DNA of 16,179 nt, taken from positions 1-16,179 of the forward strand of contig JBHLNT010000088.1 in NCBI GenBank assembly GCA_048941265.1. The letters run 5' to 3'. Under the pieces are notes generated by a model that saw only the letters and a program-made list of their open reading frames with translations, was not told the origin of the DNA and did not search any database. Origin of the DNA: Promethearchaeota archaeon (lineage in GTDB: Archaea; Asgardarchaeota; Lokiarchaeia; Sigyniarchaeales; SOKP01). Position 1 is the stretch's first letter. Each line of letters opens with the position of its first letter. Below are positions 6,861 through 15,880 of this stretch, piece by piece. The position numbers and the translations under genes were made by a program.

Positions 6861-8453
6861 ATGGCTTTTGGATATTTTGGTTTAGTATTACATGGACATA
6901 TCCCTTGGTGTAAGAAAAGCGGAACGTGGCCTGCTGGAGAAGAATGGGTTATGGAGGCCATGAATGAGACATATATTCCCATGTTAAATGTTCTGAGGTT
7001 ATTAAAAGATAAAGGAATCAAAACAGCCTTAACAATCAATATAACTCCAATTTTAACAGAACAATTAGCCGATGATTATATGAAAGATCGTTTTGGAGAG
7101 TACATGGAAGATAAGATTAAACGTTGTGAAAGAGACATCCAAAAGTATAAACATCATCCTCATCAACAATCAATTGCTCAATTTCATTTGAAAAATCATG
7201 AAAAAGTTCTGGATACTTTTTATCATAATTATTATCGAGATTTGAATGGTTCTTTTAAATGGTTGCAAGATGAGGGTATGATTGAGTTAATAACTTGTGG
7301 TGCCACTCATGGTTTCTTACCGTTGCTTGAAAGTGATTCAGGATTATTTTCTCAAATTCAAACTGCGGTAGATACTCATAAGAAATATTTTCACAGGAAC
7401 CCTAAAGGTATTTGGCTTCCTGAATGTGCTTATCGACCTGAAGAATATAGAAACGGTAAATTGAGAGAAAGCATTGACTATTGGCTCCATAATTCCGATA
7501 TTGAATACTTTTTTGTAGATTCCCACGGAATTTTGGACGCTGAACTCATAGAACAAAAAAACAATATTGGATTAAATACCAATTATGGCTTTCAGTTAAG
7601 GACCGGAGTTATGGCTTTTGGGAGAAATAGAAATACTAGTAGGCAAGTATGGGATGCGAAAATTGGTTACCCAGGAGATATTGACTATAGAGAATTTCAT
7701 AAGAAGGATCATGAATCAGGACTGCATTACTGGAAGATAACAGATAAATCTATTGGACAAAAGGATAAACAATTATATAATATTAGCGTCGCCCAGGAAA
7801 AAGTAGAATCGCATGCAAAGCATTTTATATCGGTATTATATGATGAATTAAAAGCATTTAACCTTAAATATAACTTGAACGGAATTATCGTATCTCCTTA
7901 CGATTTCGAATTATATGGGCACTGGTGGATGGAGGGTATAAGCTGGTTAAAGATGATATTTGAATTAATTTATCACCATGAAGATATGGAAATGATTACG
8001 ATATCTGAATACATTTCTAAATATAAGAATAATTTTTCGGTAATTAAAATGAAGGAGAGTAGTTGGGGAGAAGGTGGTCATTTTCAAGTATGGAAAAATC
8101 CTGAACATGGTTGGATATGGCCTTATATTAATAATTCAATTAAGCAATTTGAAAATATATTAGCTCATAATCAAAATCTTAATGAATGGGAAGAAAGAAT
8201 CTTAAAACAACTTGCAAGAGAGCTATTATTAATGGAAGGAAGTGATTGGCCCTTCTTATTATACACAAGACAAGCGAAGGAATATGCTAATCAAAGATTC
8301 CACCATCATCATCAAAGATTTAATAAACTTTTATGGGCTGCAAAAGATATTAAAGATAAGAGAAGAATTTCTTTAGAAGATCTAGAGCAAATGGAATCAA
8401 TTGATTCATGCTTTCCGAATATTAATATAAATTATTTCCAAAAAGTAGAATGA
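6861..8453 (+). CDS. GH57 1,4-alpha-glucan branching enzyme (DUF1957-type C-terminus)
   Basis: GH57 conserved regions LVLHGHIPW, ETYIPML, TCGATHGFLPLL, GIWLPECAY (nucleophile Glu), PYDFELYGHWWMEG (acid/base Asp) and ARELLLMEGSDWPF. Confidence 0.95.
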   Translation: MAFGYFGLVLHGHIPWCKKSGTWPAGEEWVMEAMNETYIPMLNVLRLLKDKGIKTALTINITPILTEQLADDYMKDRFGEYMEDKIKRCERDIQKYKHHPHQQSIAQFHLKNHEKVLDTFYHNYYRDLNGSFKWLQDEGMIELITCGATHGFLPLLESDSGLFSQIQTAVDTHKKYFHRNPKGIWLPECAYRPEEYRNGKLRESIDYWLHNSDIEYFFVDSHGILDAELIEQKNNIGLNTNYGFQLRTGVMAFGRNRNTSRQVWDAKIGYPGDIDYREFHKKDHESGLHYWKITDKSIGQKDKQLYNISVAQEKVESHAKHFISVLYDELKAFNLKYNLNGIIVSPYDFELYGHWWMEGISWLKMIFELIYHHEDMEMITISEYISKYKNNFSVIKMKESSWGEGGHFQVWKNPEHGWIWPYINNSIKQFENILAHNQNLNEWEERILKQLARELLLMEGSDWPFLLYTRQAKEYANQRFHHHHQRFNKLLWAAKDIKDKRRISLEDLEQMESIDSCFPNININYFQKVE

Positions 8454-8581
8454 AATATTTAAATCTCTTAAGAATGTTCTAATATAACGTAAATTTGTTA
8501 TTTTAAGTATTTTAATATTATTTCAAGTCAATTTTTGAATTATAAATTATAATTAACTTTTTAATCACACTTGATGCTATT

Positions 8582-10456
8582 ATGGAAAATCTTCGACAAT
8601 ATATCCGTGAAAAATTCAAAGATCTCTTTCAAAATTCTTTAAATTATATAATCATATATAATTTGAATGGAATGCTTTTGGATGCTAATGATGTTATTTT
8701 AGACACATTTGGGTACAATAGAGACGAAATTATAGATAAACCCATAAAAGAATTCATTTACGCAGAAGACATAATACAAGCTGGAAAGGCACTAAAAGAG
8801 CTTAGAAAAACAGGGAAAATTTCAAAATCTAATATATATAGGATTAAAAAAAAACAAAGTGGCTTTCGTTATGTTGAAATTCATGGAACACCGATAAGAA
8901 AGGATAATAAAATTGTTGCCATCTTAGGTCTAGGGCACGATATTACAGAAAAAAGAGACGCACAGCTTAAATTAATAGAATCAGAGGAAAGATTTAGAAG
9001 TTTATTTAAAGGAGGTCCACTTTATACTTTAGCGTGGCAAAAAATAGAAAATGATTTTATATTAGTTGATTATAATAATACTGCTGAAATTATTTATGGT
9101 GGAGTGAAGGATAGTATAGGAAATACCGCTTCTGAAATGTATTTAAAACGACAATCTTACCCAGATTTTATTGCAGATTTAAATCGGTGTTTTGAAGAGA
9201 GATCCAATTTTGTTAAGGTAAGAAAAGTTTTTGTGAATTTTATGAATAGTGAACGGGATCTCAGAGTAATATGTAATTATGTTCCCCCAGATTTAGTATT
9301 AACTCATGTCGAAGATATCACAAGAAGAAAAAGCGCTGAGCAAAAACTACGGGAATCTGAAGAAAAATATCGTCATCTTTATGACAATTCTCCCTTTTCA
9401 ATTGTATTATTTGACTTAAAGGGAACAATTATTGACTATAACTCTACTTTAGGAAATTTCCTAGGGTATGAAAAGGAAAATATAATAGGCAAAAATTTCC
9501 TAGAACTAGGTTTATTTAAACCCGAGATGGTACCAATTCTTAAAAAAAGGTTGATTCGTTATGCTAGTGGTGAAAATGTAGATCCAATTGAGCTCCAGAT
9601 TTACAAAAAGGATGGTACGCTAGCTTGGGTTAATCCAACTGTTACTCTTACACATATTGGAGAAGAGAAAGTTATTCTTATAATGTTCCAAGATATTACA
9701 GAAAGAAAAAAGACTGAAGAAAAATTAGAAGAAACTGAAGAAAATTACCGAATTGCATATGAAAGAGAAAATTTCTATAAAGATCTATTTATGCACGACA
9801 TGAGTAATATTCTTCAAAGTATGTTAATGTCTTTAGAGTTGTGTGAATATAAAATTAATTCAATGGAGGCATATCATAATTTAAAAGGTGTAATTAACAA
9901 TTTCAGACAACAAATTTATAGAGGGGCAAATTTAGTAAATAATGTAAGAAAATTCTCTGAATTCTATGAATCTAATAAATTATTAAAAAGTGTGCGAGTA
10001 AAAGTAATATTAGAGGATGCTGAAAAAATAGTTAAGAGTATATCGAATCATAAGCAAGTAAACATAAAGTATGAGAATTTAAAAGAAGAGTATATTATAA
10101 AAGCTGATGAATTTTTAATTAATGTGTTTGAAAATATTTTAATTAATGCAGTAAAGCATAATGATCATCAATTCACAGAGACCCTTGTAAAATTCTCCGA
10201 AATTCAAGAAAACGGAAATAAATTGTTAAAAATAGAATTTATTGATAATGGAAGAGGGATTCCTGACTTCAAAAAGGATTCTATTTTTAACAGAGGAGAT
10301 ATAAAAGATCGGAGCGTATCAGGTCTGGGATTGGGCTTATCACTAGTCAAATCTATATTAGATAAATATAGTGCGAAAATATGGGTTGAAGATAAAGTTG
10401 TAGGAGATCACTCACATGGCTCTAAATTTGTATTACTCTTTCCTTTGTTAAAATAA
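8582..10456 (+). CDS. Soluble multi-PAS sensor histidine kinase
   Basis: Three PAS/PAC units end in HDITEKR, EDITRRK and QDITERK, each followed by an ESEE/ETEE coiled linker. H-box FMHDMSNILQ, N-box ENILINAVKH, G1 DNGRGI, G2 GLGLGLSLV. No TM segment. Confidence 0.95.
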   Translation: MENLRQYIREKFKDLFQNSLNYIIIYNLNGMLLDANDVILDTFGYNRDEIIDKPIKEFIYAEDIIQAGKALKELRKTGKISKSNIYRIKKKQSGFRYVEIHGTPIRKDNKIVAILGLGHDITEKRDAQLKLIESEERFRSLFKGGPLYTLAWQKIENDFILVDYNNTAEIIYGGVKDSIGNTASEMYLKRQSYPDFIADLNRCFEERSNFVKVRKVFVNFMNSERDLRVICNYVPPDLVLTHVEDITRRKSAEQKLRESEEKYRHLYDNSPFSIVLFDLKGTIIDYNSTLGNFLGYEKENIIGKNFLELGLFKPEMVPILKKRLIRYASGENVDPIELQIYKKDGTLAWVNPTVTLTHIGEEKVILIMFQDITERKKTEEKLEETEENYRIAYERENFYKDLFMHDMSNILQSMLMSLELCEYKINSMEAYHNLKGVINNFRQQIYRGANLVNNVRKFSEFYESNKLLKSVRVKVILEDAEKIVKSISNHKQVNIKYENLKEEYIIKADEFLINVFENILINAVKHNDHQFTETLVKFSEIQENGNKLLKIEFIDNGRGIPDFKKDSIFNRGDIKDRSVSGLGLGLSLVKSILDKYSAKIWVEDKVVGDHSHGSKFVLLFPLLK

Positions 10457-10460
10457 TATT

Positions 10461-11261
10461 TTAATACCAATCCCATTTTATATATGAATAGGGTAAAAAC
10501 TCATCCGAATTAACTTCAGTTAATTTTTCACCTGGTAGCATTGTATTATCCGTTTTCAGATATAATGCGCCTAAAACCTTTACAATTTCTATTTCTCCCC
10601 AGGGATCATGAATGGTTGAGTTTAATACAACTTCTGCCTCCCCCATTTCCATTGATTGCGGACTCACTGTCGTTTCTTGTTTAACCAACCACGGATTATA
10701 ATCAAAGCCTTCTTTATTCGGGGCCGGAAAATATTTAAAATTAAAGTTCACAGTATTCTTTTTTCTGCCTGGAAGTAGCCCAAGTTCTTTAATAATCTTA
10801 GATGTTTCAGGATCATTAAATTTGCCGGTTAATTTTGCTCTAATCTCAATATTTTTAGTTTTCAAACGCTCAGAAAAAGCATAAACCTCTTTACCATTTC
10901 GCGTGAGTTTAACATTAGCCATTTTTTTAGGAAAGCCAAAAATTTCACGCCCCCCTATCATGGCTCTGTCATCGGTTACCGGCATAGCTAAATAATAATT
11001 ACCCTGTTCACCATTATATTCACAGCGTAAAATAAGAGCACCTTCATAATAAGGAAGTCCTTGATTAGTAGAGGAATAATTGGCAATAAATGCGAATGCT
11101 ATTGGTCTACTCGCGGGTTTAAGTGGCTTAGGAAGCAATCTGTCTACTATATCAGACTTTGTTTCCCACAGAACCGTTATCATCTCAGCATTCTTAAATT
11201 CGGTAGTTCTTAATTTTATCTTTTTTTGTTTTATCTCTTCTAATGACCTTTTAAAACTAAT
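10461..11261 (-). CDS. Acetoacetate decarboxylase-like superfamily protein
   Basis: LLPKPLKP, YYEGAL and GGREIFGFPKK (Schiff-base Lys motif). The ORF track starts at ATG 11183, but the frame is open 26 codons further to ATT at 11261, which lies 6 nt after GGTGA. The start is uncertain. Confidence 0.88.
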   Translation of the reverse strand: MSFKRSLEEIKQKKIKLRTTEFKNAEMITVLWETKSDIVDRLLPKPLKPASRPIAFAFIANYSSTNQGLPYYEGALILRCEYNGEQGNYYLAMPVTDDRAMIGGREIFGFPKKMANVKLTRNGKEVYAFSERLKTKNIEIRAKLTGKFNDPETSKIIKELGLLPGRKKNTVNFNFKYFPAPNKEGFDYNPWLVKQETTVSPQSMEMGEAEVVLNSTIHDPWGEIEIVKVLGALYLKTDNTMLPGEKLTEVNSDEFLPYSYIKWDWY

Positions 11262-11330
11262 ATTTAATCACCATTTCTATAATTTTATCCTTTAATACTA
11301 TTCAATCTAAATGTAAATAAATTAAAAAAT

Positions 11331-12368
11331 TCAGCTAACAAACAAAATTTTTCCATCTTTTTCTATTCTTTTGATTTTCCCTTGAAGTTCTAAATATATG
11401 AGATGGCTAATAACTTCACTTATAGCTAAAAAAGTATTGATTTCGCTTAAGTCTTCTCCAAAATGGAGTTGAGAAATTTTAAAGGGTGTTAGCGGATTAT
11501 TTTTGATAATATTTGAAATTTCACGCAATCTGATATCATGATGCTTCTTTATCTCGATTATTCTTTCATGTGGATTATAAATTACCTCTTGATGTGCTGG
11601 AAAAATGATTTTTGGATTTAATTTATCGATTTTGTCTAGGGATTTTAAATAATAATCTAATATATTGGTTAAATCATACTCATTTCTAAGAGCTGGATTC
11701 ATCATGAAACTACCTATATGGGGTGTTATTCTTGAAAGGATATGATCTCCCGAAAATAAATACCTATTATTGGTATCAAAAATGCAGACATGACCGGCAG
11801 CATGACCAGGAGTCCAAATAACTTTTAATTTATTCGACTTGAATAAAATTTCATCATTATCATGCAAAATTCGATCGGGTTTACAATAATTTATTAATTT
11901 ATGGAAATTCGAAAAAAATTGAATAATTCTGTCTCCTTTATCTTCATTAATGCCAAAACTTATCATTCGATTGGCAAGTTCTGTAGCAGATTTTTCGACT
12001 TCTACATTGTTTTTAACATCTGTACTCCATTTAATAAGATCATGGGTGATCTTGTGCATTAGTAACTGCATATCGGGATTTTTACGTTTCAAAGTTTTAA
12101 TTAGACCGATATGATCGATGTGGTCATGAGTTACTATACAGTATTCTATATCTTTGACGGAAATATCAAATTCCTTGAGACCTGTAAAAAATTTCTTCCT
12201 CCAATCAGAAAAGTATAATCCCGCATCGATTAATACATTTGAGCCATTGATTTTTAAAAGATACATACATACAAAACTAAGCCCCTCGAATGGTGGAAAA
12301 TCAATTTTAAATCTAATTACATTCTTATCTATTTCATTTATTTCAGATTTTAAATCAAATTTAAACAA
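11331..12368 (-). CDS. Metallo-beta-lactamase-fold hydrolase with probable C-terminal winged-helix
   Basis: LIDAG, THDHIDHIG (HxHxDH), TPGHAAGH, FSGDH and PAH motifs. The tail LTPFKISQLHF...SEVISHLIYLELQGKI is wHTH-like. TTG start. Confidence 0.92.
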   Translation of the reverse strand: MFKFDLKSEINEIDKNVIRFKIDFPPFEGLSFVCMYLLKINGSNVLIDAGLYFSDWRKKFFTGLKEFDISVKDIEYCIVTHDHIDHIGLIKTLKRKNPDMQLLMHKITHDLIKWSTDVKNNVEVEKSATELANRMISFGINEDKGDRIIQFFSNFHKLINYCKPDRILHDNDEILFKSNKLKVIWTPGHAAGHVCIFDTNNRYLFSGDHILSRITPHIGSFMMNPALRNEYDLTNILDYYLKSLDKIDKLNPKIIFPAHQEVIYNPHERIIEIKKHHDIRLREISNIIKNNPLTPFKISQLHFGEDLSEINTFLAISEVISHLIYLELQGKIKRIEKDGKILFVS

Positions 12369-12573
12369 ATTTCAAGCCAAAAAGTAATATTAAATAATAT
12401 ATCGTAGAATATGTAAGATAATTTTTATTTTGCCTTTTTCATTTGGTTTATTTTTTTATAAAATCTAATTTGATGTTAATACTCGATCTGATATATAAAT
12501 TATATTTATATTTACAGCAAATCAACTATTATTTAATTCTTAAATTTTACAATATTAAAAGAGGGTAATAAAT

Positions 12574-13431
12574 ATGAAATACGGACGTTTTAAGATGTTA
12601 AAAATTCGCATTGATGAGGGAGTAGCATTTGTGACTATTGATAATCCCCCTATGAACCTTTTAAATATGGAACTTATAAGTGAATTTAATCGTTTGCAAA
12701 GAAAGGTTGCTAGGGATGATGATGTACGAGTTATTGTGTTTGATAGTGCTGATCCTGATTTTTTTATAGCACATTATGACGTTTCTTCTTTGGCAATATT
12801 ACCAGATGAACCACCTCCAAAATCAGATGTATTAGTGGGGATGCATCCTATTTCTGAAGCATTCCGAACCATGCCAAAAGTATCAATTGCTAAGCTAGAG
12901 GGAATAGCACGCGGAGGTGGAAGTGAATTCGTTCTTGCGCTTGATATGAGATTTGGAGCAATAGGTAAAGCAGTCTTAGGTCAACCAGAAATAGTTGTAG
13001 GCATTATACCGGGAGGAGGTGGTACACAGCGACTTCCTCGCTTGATGGGGCGTTCCCGTGCCATGGAAGCTATACTTGGCGGTATAGATTTTCCCGCGGA
13101 ATTAGCTGAAAAATATGGATATATCAATCGTGCTTTTCCACCAGATGAGTTAACATCTTATGTAGAGGATCTTGCGTATCGTATTGCTTCATTTCCTGCA
13201 GAATCAATTGCTATTGCGAAACAAGCTGTTTTAACAGCATTAGAAAAACCTGTAGTTGAAGGATTACTTGAAGAAATGTATCTTTTTGGTAAGGCTTGTG
13301 CCTTACCTGCCGCTAAAGAGAGAATGAATTGGTTCCTTCAAAGGGATGGTCAAACTCGGGAAGCTGAACTTGATCCCGCTGGTTTTCAAACTCGGTTGAA
13401 AGAATTTAAGAAATGGAAGAGTGAACAATAA
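12574..13431 (+). CDS. Enoyl-CoA hydratase/isomerase (crotonase) family protein
   Basis: VTIDNPPMNLL, FFIAHYD, IAKLEGIARGGGSEF, GQPEIVVGIIPGGGGTQRLPRLMG and GYINR. Both catalytic-position Glu residues are present. GAGGGT upstream is RBS-like. Confidence 0.94.
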   Translation: MKYGRFKMLKIRIDEGVAFVTIDNPPMNLLNMELISEFNRLQRKVARDDDVRVIVFDSADPDFFIAHYDVSSLAILPDEPPPKSDVLVGMHPISEAFRTMPKVSIAKLEGIARGGGSEFVLALDMRFGAIGKAVLGQPEIVVGIIPGGGGTQRLPRLMGRSRAMEAILGGIDFPAELAEKYGYINRAFPPDELTSYVEDLAYRIASFPAESIAIAKQAVLTALEKPVVEGLLEEMYLFGKACALPAAKERMNWFLQRDGQTREAELDPAGFQTRLKEFKKWKSEQ

Positions 13432-13466
13432 AAATAATGAAAACTAATTATAAAATGGAGATTTAA

Positions 13467-14480
13467 ATGACAATTAAACTCTCACCATTAGTACATATTG
13501 AAGTTACTGTTCCTAATGCCGAGGAAGCTTATCAGCTTCTTCATAAGGTATTTGGGGCCAAGAGAGTCCAAGAGCCATTTGCACAATTCTTAAATGGTAA
13601 AATTGTGAAAGTTATCCATGTGGGACTCGGAGATGTGGTTTTACAATTTATTGAACCTGTACAAGAGGGGACTTCTTGGTATAACCAGTTGCAAACCAAA
13701 GGTCCTGGAGTCCATAATTTGACTTTTACTGTTGAAAATATTAAAGAAACTGTGGAAATTCTTGAGAAAGAAGGTGGTATAGTTCCCCTTTTTTCATTTG
13801 ATTTAGAATGGGAAAAATTTATTCCTGCTAAATATTTAAATCCGAATGCGAAGACAGTATATATGATGGATTCTATGGAGAAATTTGGATTTCATTTGGA
13901 ATTAGCTGAAATTCCTTATACGGAAGAATTAAAACTTCCTGAGACCCGATACGTAACAGGAGAGAATGAATTAATTGGAAATGTGTCGCCTATGCTCCAT
14001 ATTGAATTGGTTACGAATGATGCTGAGAAAACATATGAGCTTCTTCATAAGCTCTTTGGCTCTGAAAAAGTAGAAATCGAGTTTGCCGACTTTTTGGACA
14101 CTCCTTTCATGCACATTATTCATGTTAATCTGAGTAATGTGGTATTGCAATACTGTCAACCTTTAGTTAAGAGAGGCGTTCCAAGTTGGTCTGAACTCTT
14201 GGATAAAAATGGATCCTATGTCCACAATATCACATTTGTCGTGAATAATATTCCGGAAACCGCTGAAAAATTTAAGAAAGAGGGGTTATCTCCCGTTTTT
14301 ACGTTTCCACTTCAATGGAATAAAGTCATTGAGAATGTCAAACCAGATCGACCACCAATCTATATGATGAATACTTTCGAAAAACTCGGCTTCCATTTAG
14401 AGCTTGGGGAAACCCCAACCGATGATATCGATTCTATTAAGGATTTATTATTTGTCGATTTGTCTGAATTTAAAAAATAA
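13467..14480 (+). CDS. VOC/glyoxalase superfamily protein with two tandem methylmalonyl-CoA-epimerase-like modules
   Basis: Each half has SPxxHIE, VVLQ, xGxxVHN(L/I)TFxV and FHLEL. The pattern LQFIEP...W...L..KGPGVHNLTFTVENI resembles MCE. It starts 35 bp after the crotonase, with GGAG upstream. Confidence 0.88.
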   Translation: MTIKLSPLVHIEVTVPNAEEAYQLLHKVFGAKRVQEPFAQFLNGKIVKVIHVGLGDVVLQFIEPVQEGTSWYNQLQTKGPGVHNLTFTVENIKETVEILEKEGGIVPLFSFDLEWEKFIPAKYLNPNAKTVYMMDSMEKFGFHLELAEIPYTEELKLPETRYVTGENELIGNVSPMLHIELVTNDAEKTYELLHKLFGSEKVEIEFADFLDTPFMHIIHVNLSNVVLQYCQPLVKRGVPSWSELLDKNGSYVHNITFVVNNIPETAEKFKKEGLSPVFTFPLQWNKVIENVKPDRPPIYMMNTFEKLGFHLELGETPTDDIDSIKDLLFVDLSEFKK

Positions 14481-14493
14481 AAGATTCTGTTGA

Positions 14494-14506
14494 AAGAAAA
14501 AAAAAA
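14494..14506 (-). terminator. Oligo-T tract on the minus strand after the CaiB/BaiF gene
   Basis: A-run (AAGAAAAAAAAAA on +) directly follows the stop codon at 14507 in a convergent gap. Confidence 0.45.
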
Positions 14507-15718
14507 TTAAATTACTCTATTTTTTTTTAAGTCCTGAATAACTTTATCAGGATAATTTAACCATCTTAAGATCTCTTCTGTATTTTGCCCTATTTTTGGA
14601 GCGGGACTCCTTATTGTAGGAGGTGTCCTTGACATTTTAATCGGTGAAGCTAAATTTTTAATTTTACCTAGTACCGGATGATCCATTTCAACAATCATAT
14701 TACGTGCAATGATTTGGGGGTCTTCATAAGCCTCCGCAAAATTTTTAACCGGCGCTATACATGTATCATAGTTTTTAAAAATTTCAAGCCATTCTTCTTG
14801 GGTTTTTTTTAAAAATTCTTTTTCCAATTCCTCAAATACCCTTTCTTTTTCCTCACCAAACGTCCATTGTTTTCCTTTTAAATCCTTACGTCCAAGACCT
14901 TCGCATAAATTCTGCCAGAATTTAACTTCAATTGCTCCAACAGCCAGATATTTATTATCTTTAGTTTTATAGACTGCATAATAGGGCATACCACCCTGGA
15001 GTGCCCCGGGATCAAATGCTTTAGTGAAATCTTTAACAAATTGGAAGGCAGCAGCCATGGGCATGAAGGAAAATACAGAGTCAGTCATTGCTACATCGAT
15101 ATATTGACCCTTCCTTTCAGGATTGTTCTCCCGTTCGATTATGGCACTAAGTATTCCAATAGCACAAACTAAACCTCCGCCGATATCAGCTGCTTGAACA
15201 CCAGGAATTATAGGCTTCCGTTCTATTTCGTCTTTTCCAAAAACTAAACGCTCTCTAGTCTGATCTAAAATTCCACATATTCCTATATAGTTTATATCAT
15301 GACCGGCAGTTTGTTCATAAGGTCCATATTGTCCATAACCCGTCATGGAACAGCAGATGATTGATGGATTTATAGATGATAAAGTTTCATAATCAATCTT
15401 TAATTTCTCCATTACTTTCGGCCGAAAAGTGTCCATAACAACATCTGCGCGTTTAACTAACTCATAAAAGATCTCCAGGGCTTTATCGTTTTTCAAGTTC
15501 AAGGTAATTGACTTTTTATTTCTCATAAGCACTGCATTAAATGCACTTTCACGGTATGTCCCTTTCTGGTAAAAAGGTGGGGGGCTAGAATAGGGGTATT
15601 TCGGATCCTCAACCCGAATAACATTCGCTCCCAAATCTGATAATATCATAGTACAATATGGACCCGGAAGCATGCGCGATAAATCTAAAACGGTAATTTT
15701 CTCAAGTGGCATAGACAT
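14507..15718 (-). CDS. CaiB/BaiF family III CoA-transferase, alpha-methylacyl-CoA racemase (AMACR)-like
   Basis: VLDLSRMLPGPYCTMILSDLGANVIRVE, RNKKSITLNLK, FRPKV, TGYGQYGPY, AGHDINY, ADIGGG and APKIGQNTEEIL. Confidence 0.93.
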   Translation of the reverse strand: MSMPLEKITVLDLSRMLPGPYCTMILSDLGANVIRVEDPKYPYSSPPPFYQKGTYRESAFNAVLMRNKKSITLNLKNDKALEIFYELVKRADVVMDTFRPKVMEKLKIDYETLSSINPSIICCSMTGYGQYGPYEQTAGHDINYIGICGILDQTRERLVFGKDEIERKPIIPGVQAADIGGGLVCAIGILSAIIERENNPERKGQYIDVAMTDSVFSFMPMAAAFQFVKDFTKAFDPGALQGGMPYYAVYKTKDNKYLAVGAIEVKFWQNLCEGLGRKDLKGKQWTFGEEKERVFEELEKEFLKKTQEEWLEIFKNYDTCIAPVKNFAEAYEDPQIIARNMIVEMDHPVLGKIKNLASPIKMSRTPPTIRSPAPKIGQNTEEILRWLNYPDKVIQDLKKNRVI

Positions 15719-15726
15719 AATAAGAC

Positions 15727-15744
15727 AAATCTTTTGAAAGATTT
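15727..15744. promoter_or_regulatory. Perfect inverted repeat AAATCTTT-TG-AAAGATTT, candidate operator
   Basis: 8-bp arms with a 2-bp spacer, located between a minus-strand TTTATAT (15751-15757) and the ATG at 15718. Confidence 0.45.
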
Positions 15745-15880
15745 AAATTAATATAAAAAAATGAAAAAAGAATCGCAATCGCTACGTTCGTAAAATAGGA
15801 ATATTATGAAATATTTTAGAAAGCTTTATGAATCTATAACTTCTATATTAATCTAGATATTAACCGAAAGGTAATTTACA

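Noticed and set aside
5533-7556. Short ORFs 5533-5730, 5975-6253, 6352-6567, 6848-7039 and 7344-7556
   Set aside because: They are antisense to the GRE or GH57 genes and have no independent support.
8298-8312. His run FHHHHQ in GH57
   Set aside because: It lies in the C-terminal helix (Y..R...H..RF pattern) of GH57 branching enzymes, with no evidence for a separate metal site.
11331-12368. Antibiotic-resistance beta-lactamase
   Set aside because: It has only the generic MBL fold, with no signal peptide and a wHTH-like tail typical of housekeeping hydrolases.
12493-12511. Inverted repeat ATATAAAT-TAT-ATTTATAT in the MBL/crotonase gap, and a similar one near 8538-8554
   Set aside because: These are pure A/T sequences in very AT-rich gaps. 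They are expected by chance or are simply back-to-back TATA-like boxes.
13350-13395. 10-bp direct repeat TCAAACTCGG (13350 and 13386) at the crotonase 3' end
   Set aside because: There are only two copies, inside coding sequence (QTR...QTR). It is not CRISPR-like and has no linked mobile element.
855-14159. Short ORFs 855-1091, 11080-11295, 12154-12387 and 13971-14159
   Set aside because: They are antisense overlaps of confident genes, mostly with weak starts and no motifs.
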